A stretch of 64,000 bases of DNA, taken from the NCBI GenBank assembly GCA_038087875.1, contig CM075991.1, positions 11,348,001-11,412,000 on the forward strand, in the 5' to 3' direction. The notes under the pieces were generated by a model. That model was not told the DNA's origin. It searched no databases and saw nothing but the letters and a program-made list of their open reading frames with translations. This stretch comes from Malacoraja senta. Its lineage: Eukaryota. The position numbers were made by a program, and so were the translations under genes. Positions 9,917 through 22,994 of this stretch are shown in pieces. Position 1 is the first letter of the stretch. Every line of letters starts with the position of its first letter.

Positions 9917-11114
9917 AGCTCTATCTAACTCAAAAGAGAGCATCCAGAGAACCTGCCTCCACCGCCCTCTGAGGCAGAGAATTCCACAGACTCACCACTC
10001 TCTGTGAGAAAAAGTGTTTCCTCGTCTCCGTTCTAAATGGCCTACTCCTTATTCTTAAACTGTGTGGTCCCTGGTTCTGGACTCCCCCAACATCGGGAAC
10101 ATGTTTCCTTTATCTAGCGTGTCCTATCCCTTAATAATTTGATATGTTTCTATAAGATCCCCCCTCATCCTTCTAAATTCCAGCACCAGAGACCTGGGTT
10201 AGATCCTGACTTCTTCCGACTGAGAGTCAGGGGAAAGGGAAACAAGAGATATAGACATTGATGTAGAGAGATATAGACCAAAATGAATGAAGGATACTCC
10301 TTAAGAATAAGGAGTAAGCCATTTAGAACGGAGACGAGGAAACACTTTTTCTCACAGAGAGTTGTGAGTCTGTGGAATTCTCAGCCTCAGAGGGCGGTGG
10401 AGGCCGGTTCTCTGGATGCTTTCAAGAGAGAGCTAGATAGGGCTCTTAAAGATAGCGGAGTCAGGGGATATGGGGAGAAGGCAGGAACGGGGTACTGATT
10501 GGGGATGATCAGCCATGATCACATTGAATGGCGGTGCTGGCTCAAAGGGGCGAATGGCCTGCTCCTGCACCTATTATCTATTGATATGCAAAAAAGTTAC
10601 GATGATAAAAGAAACAGGCCATTGTTAGCTGTGGGCTGGGTGAAAACCAGTTACAGACAATGAGACTCAACAAGACGACTTTGAGTAGGAAGGAACTGCA
10701 GATGCTGGTTTACAACTGAAGGTAGCATCAAATGCTGGAGTAACTCAGCGGGACAGGCAGCATCTCTGGACCTGGGTGGGGAAGGGATGGAGAAAGAGGG
10801 GGATGAAAGAGTTACTTGCTTCCTGCTAGTTGGTAGACAAAAAATGCTGGAGAAACTCAGCGGGTGAGGCAGCATCTATGGAGGGACCCGAAACGTCGCC
10901 TATTCCTTCCCTCCATAGATGCTGCCTCACCGACTGAGTTTCTCCAGCATTTTTTGTCTGCCTTCGATTTTTTTCCAACATCTGCAGTTCCTTCTTAAAC
11001 TTTGCATCCTGCTGAGTTACTCCAGCTTTTTTGTGTCTGTCCAGTCTACGGTTTAGACCAGCACCTGCAGTTCCTTGCTCAACATCTCAGCCCATGTCTT
11101 TTTGAATATTTACA

Positions 11115-11566
11115 CAGAGTGGGAGATGACCACCAGTACGCAGAGAGGGTATCCGGAGCGGGGTCCCTCGCCGGGGACCCCTGGAGGGGAGCTCCTACCG
11201 CCGGCCCTGCGGTCTGCGGTGCTTCCGGCTGCAGCGCGGCGGGGACGTTAGATCTTCGACCGCCGGCCTGCGGCCTACACCAACCTGAAGCCGCGGTCAC
11301 CGGTGGGGAGGCACCGATTCAGGACTTCCCTGGACTTTACCTTGTCTACTCATCTGGACGCCCACAGCGACGGCTGCGCAAGGTTGAGGTCCCGACCACG
11401 GGGGAAAATGGAGGAGGACTGGCCAAATTTTGTGCCTTCCACCACAGTGATGAATGCTGTGATGGATATTTGTGTTCAATTTTTATTGTGTCTTTGTGTG
11501 TTCTTTTTTCGTTGTACCGCTGCTGGCAAATTCATTTCACTGACGAATAAAACTGATTGATTGATT
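11115..11566 (+). mobile_element. GC-rich SINE-like retroposon with (TGAT)n tail
   Basis: AATAAA + (TGAT)3 tail; hairpin core at 11433-11467. Confidence 0.6.
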
Positions 11567-11573
11567 GCCTTAC

Positions 11574-11694
11574 CGGCCTTGCGGGTGCTGTACAGCGAGT
11601 TCTCCTCCATTGTCACCATGTTACTCTTCTTCACCTTCTTTGACCGCTGGGAACCGTCGGCCTTATTCGGCCCCGGCCGATCACCCCAGAACAT
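11574..11694 (-). CDS. DOK2: DOK-family exon (PH-PTB linker with MEENSLYS tyrosine motif)
   Basis: MFWGDRPG...MEENSLYSTRKA; ttccag acceptor, gtaag donor; 121 nt, phase fits. Confidence 0.85.
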
Positions 11695-11721
11695 CTGGAA
11701 GGAGAAAAGCACCGGTGAAAT

Positions 11722-12078
11722 TTCAGTTTAGTTTAGAGATACAGAGTGGAAACAGGCCCTTCGGCCCACCGAGTCCGCACTGACTAACGATCCCTGACCT
11801 ATCCTACACACACTAGGGACAAGTACATTTATACCAAGCCAATTAGCCTACAAACCCACACACTAACACTATCCTACACACACTAGGGACAATTTACAAT
11901 TTTTACCAAGCCAATTAGCCTACAAAGCCGTACGTCTTTGGAGTGTGGGAGGAAACTGGAGAAAACCCACGCAGGGAGAACGTACAAACTCCGTACAGAC
12001 AGCACCCGTAGTCAGGATCGAACCCAGGTCTCTGGCATTGTTAGGCAGCAGCTCTACCGCTGCACCACTGTGCCGCCC
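11722..12078 (-). mobile_element. HE1-like tRNA-derived V-SINE
   Basis: B-box GGTTCGATCC, V-domain TTTCCTCCCACACTCCAAAGAC, (CTAAA)n tail. Confidence 0.85.
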
Positions 12079-12738
12079 CTTTCTATGGATGAAAGATGAC
12101 TCTTCTTCACCACGTGACTATGTATCACACATCTGCCATCCTTGGCACTGTTGCTTCCTGCCCCTGTTGCATCCACTGACGTGATTAGCCGGCATCCCAC
12201 GGCATTGCCCCTCGTGGTCATGGTCCTGGTTGCAACCACACATTTTCCCAAGACAACAACCACTGGTCAACCTGTCAACATCTGGGACAAACAGCGATTG
12301 TAACCTGTTGTTCTTCGTCTCTTTCCAAAAATCGCTGTTGACAACTGAACTAGATTGTGACACTTTGAAATGTGAAGATTGTGTGTGTGATGCCACTTGG
12401 ACATGTAACGTCAAATATCTTTCAAATACCATCAAATACAGGAGATGAGGAAGAATTTGAGGGCGGTGGAGGCAGGTTCTCTGGATGCTTTCAAGAGGGA
12501 GCTAGATAGGGCTCTTAAAAATAGCGGAGTCAGGGGATATGGGGAGAAGGCAGGAACGGGGTACTGATTGGGGATGATCAGCCAAGATCACATTGAATGG
12601 CGGTGCTGGCTCGAAGGGCCAGGGGTTATGGGGAGAAGGGCTTAAAGGGCTGAATGACCTACTCCTGCACCTATTGACTATTGTCTATTGTCTTTCAAGA
12701 GCCAGTCTCTGACGCATGAGGGGATCACACTAACTTAC

Positions 12739-13038
12739 CGGAAAGGCCATTTCACACAGGGTCTGATTCCAGTCATCGTACTCAGCTGATTCTGCGGCAA
12801 ACACAAAGAGTTTCTCGATGGTTTCCACGTGGAAGGCTCGGCAGTCGGAGGGGCAACTGTCGCCCGGAGACTCTGTGATGCGGATGCAGTCGCTCAGCTT
12901 GATCACCTTCTTGTTCTCCGTTTTCCTGGTGCTTTGCCTCTCGCTCAGGCTCACGCCCTCCTTGAACTCAAAGTACTCCAGGCGGGCGACAGAACAGGTG
13001 GTCTCTCCGTACAACAACACCCAGACCTTCTTCCATTT
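12739..13038 (-). CDS. DOK2: DOK-family exon (PH domain)
   Basis: KWKKVWVLLYG...VARLEYFE...KKVIKLSDCI...WNQTLCEMAFP; 300 nt, cag/gtaagt boundaries. Confidence 0.88.
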
Positions 13039-13099
13039 CTGCACGGCAAGAGAGACAAAGACCCGTCAAGCACAAGAAACAGACCCTTCTGCCCATCAT

Positions 13100-13806
13100 G
13101 TCCTTGTTCATCCCACACTGAAAGTAAGCATGCAGGTACAGCAGGCAGTGAAGAAAGCCAATGGCATGTTGGCCTTCATAACAAGAGGAGTCGAGTATAG
13201 GAGCAAAGAGGTCCTTCTGCAGTTGTACGGGGCCCTGATGAGACCACACCTGGAGTATTGTGTGCAGTTTTGGTCTCCAAATCTGAGTAAGGACATTCTT
13301 GCTATTGAGGGAGTGCAGCGTAGTTTCACCAGGTTAATTCCCGGGATGGCGGGACTGTCATATGTTGATAGTATGGAGCGGCTGGGCTTGTACACTCTGG
13401 AATTTAGAAGGATGAGTGGGAGTCTTATTGAAACATATAAGATTATTAAGGGTTTGGACACGCTAGAGGTGGGAAACATGTTCCCGATGTTGGGGGAGTC
13501 CAGTACCAGGGGCCACAGTTTAAGAATAAGGGGTAAGCCATTTAGAACGGAGATGAGGAAAAACTTTTTCACACAGAGGGTTGTGAATCTGTGGAATTCT
13601 CTGCCTCAGAAGTCGGTGGAGGCCAATTCTCTGGATGCTTTCAAGGGAGAGTTCGATAGAGCTCTTAAAGATAGCGGAGTCAGGGGATATGGGGAGAAGG
13701 CAGGAACGGGGTATTGATTGGGGATGATCAGCCATGATCACATTGAATGGCGGTGCTGGCTCGGAGGGCCAAATGGCCTACTCCTGCACCTATTGTCTAT
13801 TGTCTA
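13100..13806 (+). mobile_element. CR1 LINE 3' fragment (RT C-terminal region)
   Basis: QVQQAVKKANGMLAFI...RPHLEYCVQFWSP. Confidence 0.93.
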
Positions 13807-14391
13807 CGTCCATGCCAATCCTTTTGTCCACCGACACTGACCCCATTTGGCTACAGCAGGTCCACACCATTCAATGTAGGAAGGAACTGCAGATGCTGGT
13901 TTGAACAAAAGATAGACACGAAAAGCTGGAGCAACTTAGCGGGACAGGCAGCATCTCTGGAGAGAAGGAATGGGACGACCCGACCCGAAACATCACGCAT
14001 TCCTTCTCTCCAGAGATGCTGCCTGTCCCGCTGAGTTACTCCAGCTTTTTGTGTCTGTCTGCAATTCCTCCCTCCACAGCACTGTTTGCATGGCAATTTC
14101 CACGAGCTGTCGCCCTGATTAGGAAGCAAACTCAGAGGAACGGTGAAGAAGAACTGTTGACAAGAGCCAAGAGCAAGAGTTGGCTGCCCAAATGCTTCAC
14201 CCAGCCATCTCCGTGACTCAGTTCGGGAGAGTCATTATGGGTTGGGAATGAACCTACTGCACTGTGGTGATCAATCACAACGAATGTCGAGAAGACCACA
14301 GCCGTTAGCACTCTTTTATCGAGAGCCTTCAAGGTTTGCACAAGATAACAAGGCAATTAAAGGTGAAGAAGGCCATCCATCCACTTCCATT

Positions 14392-14519
<128 letters not shown>

Positions 14520-14977
14520 AGCCAAATACCAATCCAACTCAATCTGTCTGAAGAAGAGTCTCGACCAGAGACGTCCCCCCATTCCTTCTCTCCAGAGATG
14601 CTGCCTGTCCCGCTGAGTTACTCCAGCATTTTATGTCTAACCCCAACCCAACTCAATCCACAAGTTGGCTGACGACACCAGCCGCAGTGGGCCAGATGTC
14701 AAATAAAGATGAGACGGAGTACAGGAAGGAGATTGAGAACCTCGTAACCTGATGCCAAGACAACGCCCTCTGCCTCAAAGATGGACACAAAATGCTGGAG
14801 TAACAGGCAGCATCTCTGGAGAGAAGGAATGGGTGACGTTTCAGGTCGAGACCCTTCTGCAGACCTGAAACATCACCCATTCCTTCTGTCCCGCTGGTTT
14901 ACTCCAGCATTTTGTGTTCATCTCCGATGTAAACCAGCATCTACAGTTCCTTCCTACATATCCTCCCCCTCAATGTC

Positions 14978-15513
<536 letters not shown>

Positions 15514-16167
15514 TGAACTTTTTTCTCTCACGTTTATCATATACTTTACTATGTACTATCTTTCCATGTTCTGTTGTGCTGCAGCAAGTAAGAATTTCAT
15601 TGTCCTATCTGGGACACATGACAATGAAACTCTCTTGACTCTTGACAACAAGTGTTCTCTCATGAGGAGACGTTAGAAGAAGCGGTCAAAAGCTCAGACG
15701 GAGGTTTTAGAGCATTTTACACAAGGCGCGAGAGAGAGAGTGAGAGAGCCGGAGAGGTGGAGCGGTGGCCAGACGGCCAGACGGCCAGGGCCCCAACTAC
15801 CTGGAGACACAACCACCACAGGCCAAGGCAACGCAAGTCCAAGATGTGGCGGTGAGCAGAGACGGACGCTGCGGCGGGCGCAGGAGGTGCTGCACGGGTG
15901 GGGAAAGATGCACAGGTGCTGCATGGGTGGGGAAGGTGAGTCCATGAGGGGAGCTGAAGAGAAGGAAGTGTGGGATAAAACTGAGGAACTGTACACTCAG
16001 CAGGAACCTGCAGGGTTCAGTGAACTCGGGGAGGGGGTGGAAGAGGAAGATGAAGTCAGGTCAGTGCCCGACAGATGCCAGATGTATGGAGAGTGCAGGG
16101 GGCCAGGGGTGCCCGGAATGGACAAGGACACAGGCAGAAAAACAGTCCGTTTTCGCAAATTCCTAGA

Positions 16168-16195
16168 CTGAAGAAGGGTCTCGACCCGAAACGTC
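16168..16195 (+). ncRNA. Minimal hammerhead-ribozyme-like core in Penelope pseudo-LTR (representative copy)
   Basis: CTGAAGA-A-GGGT(CTCG)ACCC-GAAA-C-GTC. Confidence 0.55.
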
Positions 16196-17027
16196 ACCCG
16201 TTCCTTCTCTCCAGAGATGCTGCCTGTCCCCGCTGAGTTACTCCAGCGTTTCTTGTGTCTGTCTTCAGTTTAAACCAGCACCTGCAGTTCCTTCCTACAC
16301 ATTCAGAACAGAGACGCCTGGGCCTGGCTCAACCTGGCACCTTCAGATGTGGGAGATACGTCACCATGAAGCCCACCATCAGTGACAGCCGGCAGGTGTG
16401 GTGTATCTGTCCATCCTCCCCCCCCCCTCCCCACCCCCCAAGCACCAACTGTAGCTCGACACCTGTACCAGCGCAGGAAGCGGGGGGGGGGGAGGGGGGG
16501 GAAAGAGGGTCAGGTGAAGAGTGCGCCTGTCGCCTCCACTGTGGAACATGTCCCACAGAGGCTTCACATTTAGGTTGGTTTAGAGATACAGCGTGGAAAC
16601 AGGCCCTTCGGCCCACCGAGTCCGCACCTATCAATAGACAACAGACAATAGACAATAGACAATAGGTGCAGGAGTAGGCCATTTGGCCCTTCGAGCCAGC
16701 ACCGCCATTAAAGTTAATAATATAATTATATACCACAAAGCATTCAGGGGTGGCAATAGACAATAAACTATAGGTGCAGGAGTAGGCCATTCAGCGCTTC
16801 GAGCCATTCAATGTGATCATGGCTGATCATCCCCAATCAGTACCCCGTTCCTGCCTTCTCCCCATATCCCCTGACTCCACTGTTTTTAAGAGCCCTATCT
16901 AGCTCTCTCTTGAAAGCCTGATCTATTCCTCCTGCAAGTAAAGACAACAGTCCTGTTGGATACACTGCACACAATGTCTCACCAGAAACCACGTTACCAA
17001 ATTGTCTTCCTCATCCAAGGTCAACTT

Positions 17028-17842
17028 TAGTTTAGTTTAGATTGGAAGCTTGGAAACGGGCCCTTCGGCCCAGCGAGTCCGTACCGACCAGCGATCCCCA
17101 GCACATTAACACTATCCAACACTCCCAGGGCCAATTTTTACATTAACGGGGCTGTCCCACTTGGGCGACCTAATTGGCGAGTTTAGAAGAGTTTGAAAAA
17201 ATGACATGTAGAAGACCTCCTTCAACTATGTAGAAGACCAGCTACGACTAGCTACGACTAACTTCGGGAAAATTGGACACCGAATAGTGGAGAGTGAAGA
17301 CGACCTCCTTCGACCTCCCTTCGACTTTGATGAAGACTAACTACGACTACCTTCGACTACCCTCGATTACCTACGACTAACATGCCGACCTACTACAACC
17401 TACTACGAGTAAAAAAAGTATCGATTTTTTCCATGGCGACCTTTATTTACTCGCGGGCATTTTCTAACATATTTTTTTAAACGCCGCGACCTAGCTGAGG
17501 CCTCGAGTACGAGGAGACCACTCTCGAGCACGAAGGAGAGTTACGAAGACCTCCTACGACCTCGTGTCGACCATGCTGCGGGTATGAGGCGAGGGCAAAC
17601 TCGCCAGAACTCGCGGATTAGGTCGCCCAAGTGGGACAGGCCCCTTTACACTTAGCCAATTAACCTAAAAACCTGTACGTCTTTGGAGTGTGGGAGGAAA
17701 CTGAAGAACTCGGAGAAAACCCACGCAGGTCACGGGGAGAACGTACAAACTCCGTACAGACAAGCACCCGTAGTCGGGATCGAACCCGGGTCTCTGGCAC
17801 TGTAAGGCAGTAACTCTCCCGCTGCGTCACCGTGCCGCCCCC
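17028..17842 (-). mobile_element. HE1-like SINE interrupted by a MITE
   Basis: SINE halves flank 17147-17645. Confidence 0.8.
17147..17645. mobile_element. PIF/Harbinger-type MITE (family A)
   Basis: TIRs GGGGCTGTCCCACTTGGGCGACCTAAT / ATTAGGTCGCCCAAGTGGGACAGGCCC; internal CTACGA repeats. Confidence 0.8.
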
Positions 17843-18178
17843 ATAGCTTGTACCAGCGGAGACGGTATCGTGGCCGGGGTGCAGAGCCCAGCCTATCCAT
17901 GATGCAAGCTGTCCACCTCGTCCCCAGTCAACCCCAGCCCGCTGAACACTGACAGGGTGGTGGGTGTATGGAATGAGCTGCTCGAGGAGGTAGTTGAGAC
18001 CTGAGCTATAGGGAAAGGTTGGGCAGTCTAGGACTTTACTCCTCAGAGTGCAGGAAGCTGAGGGGTGATCGTAATCGAGGTGTATAAAACCATAACTAGG
18101 AAGGAACTGCAGATGCTTTCTGTTGAGCAAGACCGAGAGAATCCTTGTAGACATGCTGAATCTTCTCAGAAGGACTAA

Positions 18179-18374
18179 AGGGCCTGTCCCACTTGGGCGT
18201 CACCCAAATGGCGCGCGAAGATTTTGTACATCCCGAAATCCTGGGGCACCGCGCGCGACCGCGCGTCACTGCCTACGTCACCACGCACCATGCGAGCGTA
18301 ATGTGCACCATGCGCGCATCGTGCGTCGTGACGTGTAAATGACCTGCAAATGACACCGAAGTGGGACAGGCCCT
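18179..18374. mobile_element. PIF/Harbinger-type MITE (family B), nested in a Rex1-like fragment
   Basis: AGGGCCTGTCCCACTT TIRs, TAA TSD on both sides. Confidence 0.85.
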
Positions 18375-18714
18375 TAAGAAAGTAAATGCACTGATGCACT
18401 TTCTTGATTGCCGCATCAGTGTGAAGGGGCCAGGAAAGGTTGCTAGTGTTATGCACGCCCAGGAACTTGAAGTTGTTGACCATCTCTACAAAATTTCCGT
18501 TGATGAGATCAGTGTTGTGTTCACCCCCTCACTTCTTTTGGTCAACAACCAACTCATCAACTCTTTTGGCTCGTTGATGTTAAGAGCTAGGCTGTGCACT
18601 GACACAATGACGCAAGGTTCTCGATTGCTTTCCTGTACTTTGTCACTATCGTTGTTGTCGATCTGGTCAACAACAATGGTGTCATCGAACAACTCAAACA
18701 ATGGGCGGCGGTGG

Positions 18715-19190
18715 GAAGGAACTGCAGATGCTGGTTTGCACGGAAGATGGACACAGAATGCTGGAGTAACTCAGCGGGACAGGCAGCATCTCTGGAGAGA
18801 AGGAACGGGTGACGTTCCGGGTCGAGGCCCTTCTTCCGACTGAGAGTCAGGGGAGAGGGAGACAGAGAGATATGGGGACAATGGTCAAGGAAAATGGAGA
18901 ATGGTTCATTGTTAGCTGAGGGGAAGGTGACTCCGAGGCATACAATCAGTACAATTTAATCAGGACAGTAAAATTAGTCGGAGATCTGGGATGGGGAGGG
19001 CGGGAGAGAGAGGGAAAGCAAGGGTTCTTTGAAGTTAGAGTAATCAATGTTCATACCGCTGGGTTGTAAGCTGCCCAAGTGAAATATGAGGTGCCGTTCC
19101 TCCAATTTGCGCTGGGCCTCACTCTGACAGTGGAGGAGGCCCAGGACAGAAAGGTCAGTGTGGGAATGGGAGGGGGAGTTAAAGTGTTTA
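18715..19190 (-). mobile_element. Penelope-like element 3' fragment
   Basis: Reverse strand encodes LSVLGLLHCQSEAQRKLEERHLIF..GSLQPSGMNID, followed by pseudo-LTR. Confidence 0.75.
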
Positions 19191-19761
19191 CTTTATGACA
19201 ATGAGTCGTGTGGTCCTTTGTTTTCACACACAGTCACGGGTGCACAACCCTGACGGTCACTGCAACCGAGGGTCAGGTGGAGGGAATATCACGACCAACT
19301 CAAACCCCTTCTGAAGACAGACACAAAATGCTGGCGCAACCCAAGCGGGACAGACAGCATCTCTGGAGGGAAGGAGCCCCCTCCTTTCAGCTGCCCGCAG
19401 CCGATGATGCAGTAATTCTCCCCTAAAGCTCCTCTTCTAAGAATAAGGGGTAAGACATTTAGAACGGAGACGAGGAAACACTTTTTCTCACAGAGAGTGG
19501 TGAGTCTGTGGAATTCTCTGCCTCAGAGGGCGGTGGAGGCAGGTTCTCTGGATGCTTTCAAGAGAGAGTTAGATAGGGCTCTTAAAGATAGCGGAGTCAG
19601 GGGATATGGGGAGAAGGCAGGAACGGGGTACTGATTAGGGATGATCAGCCTTGATCACATTGAATGGCAGTGCTGGCTCGAAGGGCCGAATGGCCTACTC
19701 CTGCACTTATTGTCTATTGTCTTCACTCTTCCCCACTAAAATGCTCCTTCGAACCAACTTC

Positions 19762-19961
19762 NNNNNNNNNNNNNNNNNNNNNNNNNNNNNNNNNNNNNNN
19801 NNNNNNNNNNNNNNNNNNNNNNNNNNNNNNNNNNNNNNNNNNNNNNNNNNNNNNNNNNNNNNNNNNNNNNNNNNNNNNNNNNNNNNNNNNNNNNNNNNNN
19901 NNNNNNNNNNNNNNNNNNNNNNNNNNNNNNNNNNNNNNNNNNNNNNNNNNNNNNNNNNNNN
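19762..19961. other. Assembly gap (200 N)
   Basis: Run of N. Confidence 1.
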
Positions 19962-20139
19962 ACACCTCCTCTCCTGGCTCCTGCCCCTGGAAAGATGGAT
20001 GAACTTGCTGTAACGTAGCGAGCTGTGCGATGTGTTGGAGGCGTGGTCTGTGGGGGGCAGGGCACGTGTTGAGCGGAAATGCCAGACTCACCACTCGAGC
20101 CGTGTAAGCTTCCTGCCAAGAACCTAGCAGAACCCAGAG

Positions 20140-20728
20140 GCCCTTCTGCAGTTGCACAGGGCTCTAGTGAGACCACACCTGGAGTATTGTGTGCAGGTTT
20201 TGGTCTCCAAATTTGAGGAAGGATATTCTTGCTATTGAGGGAGTGCAGCGTAGGTTCACCAGGTTAATTCCCGGGATGGCGGGACTGTCAGATGTTGATA
20301 GAATGGAGCGTCTGGGCTTGTATACTCTGGAATTTAGAAGGATGAAAGGGAATCTTATTTGAAACATATGATTATTAAGGGGTTGGACACGCTAGAGGCA
20401 GGGAACATGTACCCAATGTTGGGGGAGTCCAGAACCAGAGGCCACAGTTTAAGAATAAGGGGTTGGCAATTTAGAACGGGGATGAGGAAAACTTTTTTAC
20501 CCAGAGTTGTGAATCTGTGGAATTCTCTGCCTCAGGAGGCTGTGGAGGCCAATTCTCTGGAAGCTTTCAAGAGAGAGTTAGATAGAGCTCTTAAAGATAA
20601 CGGAGTCAGGAGATATGGGGAGAAGGCAGGAACGGGGTACTGATTGTGGATGATCAGCTATGATCACAGTGAATGGCGGTGCTGGCTCGAAGGGCCGAAT
20701 GGCCTGCACCTGCACCTATTGTCTAATG
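20140..20728 (+). mobile_element. CR1 LINE 3' fragment
   Basis: Same CR1 family sequence, frameshifted. Confidence 0.9.
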
Positions 20729-20928
20729 TCCATCTCTCCAGAGATGCTGCCTGACCCGCTGAGTTACTCCAGCATTTTGTGTGCTACGTCCGATGCCTTG
20801 CGCTCTGTGGGGGAGTGAGCTCTCGTAGGAGATGTCAAGCCAAGAGCCTGACCTCACTCTCAAACAGGCACGGATGCTGGCACTGAAAATGGAAGATATC
20901 TCGGTAAACCAGAAGACCCAGTCCTTGG

Positions 20929-21165
20929 TAGACAAAAGTGCTGGAGAAACTCAGCGGGTGCAGCAGCATCTATGGAGCGAAGGAAATAGGCAACGTTTCG
21001 GGCCGAAACCCTGAAGGAAATAGGCGACGTTTCGGGACGAAACCCGGAAGGGTTTCGGGCCGAAACGTTGCCTATTTCCTTCGCTCCATAGATGCTGCTG
21101 CACCCGCTGAGTTCCTCCAGCATTTTTGTCTACCTTCGATTTTCCAGCATCTGCAGTTCCTTCTT
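20929..21165. mobile_element. Foldback Penelope-derived element
   Basis: 15-bp TSD AGACCCAGTCCTTGG (20914-20928, 21166-21180). Confidence 0.85.
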
Positions 21166-21466
21166 AGACCCAGTCCTTGGCAAGGTGTGCTTGTGGGAGA
21201 GGGCTGAACACAATATAATGCCTTATTCCCCCTCATTACATCAAGGAAGAGACATAGATTTTGACGTGATGTGTTTTGCAACAATCTCTAAGCGAGGAAA
21301 AGTGTGATATACATGCATGCCTCTTGATCTCAACGTGCTGCGTAACACTGCCCTCTAGAGAACATGACTGCCATTACCGCCAGCTATTGATAAATTCTGA
21401 TTCATAAACATAATAATGTCCCAGCCCGAAATGTCACTTATCCATAAGGTAGACACAGCACGGTGA

Positions 21467-21625
<159 letters not shown>

Positions 21626-21761
21626 GGGGCCCGGACATTGAACTGATGGCTGTGGGTCTCCGCTTATGCAGTGTGCCCTAGGGATTCTCACACGCCGCGC
21701 GTGGTGGCTGTTTATGTTTAAACTTTATGTAGTTTTGTATCTTGTTGCTTTTTTGGTATGA

Positions 21762-22336
21762 CCGTGTCGGTATGTCAAGGAGGACTCTCTCTAACTTCTA
21801 CAGGTGCACAGTAGAGAGCATGCTGACCGGTTGTATCGTGGCTTGGTTCGGCAACTTGAGCGCCCTGGAGCGGAAAAGGCTACAAAAAGTAGTAAACACT
21901 GCCCAGTCCATCATCGGCTCTGACCTCCCCACCATCGAGGGGATCTATCGCAGTCGCTGCCTCAAAAAGGCTGGCAGCATCATCAAGGACCCACACCATC
22001 CTGGCCACACACTCATCTCCCTGCTACCTTCAGGTAGAAGGTACAGGAGCCTGAAGACTGCAACGACCAGGTTCAGGAATAGCTACTTCCCCACAGCCAT
22101 CAAGCTATTAAACTCGGCTCGGACAAAACTCTGAACATTAATAACCCATTATCTGTTATTTGCACTTTATCAGTTTATTTATTCATGTGTGTATATATTT
22201 ATACAATGGTATATGGACACACTGATCTGTTTTGTAGTAAATGCCTACTATGTTCTGTTGTGCTGAAGCAAAGCAAGAATTTCATTGTCCTATCAGGGAC
22301 ACACGACAATAAACTCACTTGAACTCTTGAACTCTT
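21762..22336 (+). mobile_element. Rex1/Babar-like LINE 3' fragment
   Basis: NFYRCTVESMLTGCIVAWFG...LLPSGRRYRSLK...RFRNSYFPTAI; (CTTGAA)-type tail. Confidence 0.85.
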
Positions 22337-22477
22337 AAAACAAATTTCACTGTACCTCGGTACACGTGACAATAAAGGAGCATTGAACCATTGAAAATGC
22401 CGGGGTAACTCAGCGGGACAGCACCATCTCTGGATGGGTGGAATGGGTGACATTTTGGGTCGAGACCCTTCTTCAGA

Positions 22478-22880
22478 TAGTAGTTCAGCACTGCTCTCTG
22501 GTTGTGGTAGGATGCTTCAGTTGTCTGATAACAGCTGGGAAGAAACTGTCCCTGAATCTGGAGGTGTGTGCGTCGTCACACTTCTGTACGTTTTGCCCGA
22601 TGGGAGAGGGGAGAAGAGGGAGTGGCCGGGGTGCGACTCGTCCTTGATGATGCTGCTGGCCTTGCCGAGGCAGCGTGAGGTGTAGATGGAGTCAATGGAA
22701 GGGAGGTTGGTTTGTGTGATGGTCTGGGCTGCGTCCACAATTCTCTGCAATTTCTTGCGGTCTTGGACGGAGCTGATCCCAAACCGTGCTGCGATGCTTC
22801 CCGATAAAATGCTTTCTTCTGTGGTGCATCTGTAGGAGTTGGTGAGAGTTGTTGGGGATATGCCGAACTTCCTTGTGCTT
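22478..22880 (-). mobile_element. Rex1/Babar-like LINE fragment
   Basis: QRIVDAAQTITQTNLPSIDSIYTSRCLGKASSIIKDESHPGHSLFSPLPSG. Confidence 0.8.
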
Positions 22881-22994
22881 TAGAAATTCAACCTACTTTA
22901 TTGTTATCTTTTGGTTAAATGCACTTTCTTTCAGCTCTCTTTGCTTAAATTCACTCTCTTTTTCTCTCTAGGAGTAACTTAAATCCAGAATTTC

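Larger units (their letters stand above)
9609..10183 (-). mobile_element. CR1 LINE 3' fragment interrupted by the 146-bp retroposon
   Basis: CR1 sequence continues across 9771-9916. Confidence 0.88.

Noticed and set aside
12818..13717. 299-aa + strand ORF
   Set aside because: Chance fusion of the antisense of the DOK PH exon with a CR1 RT fragment.
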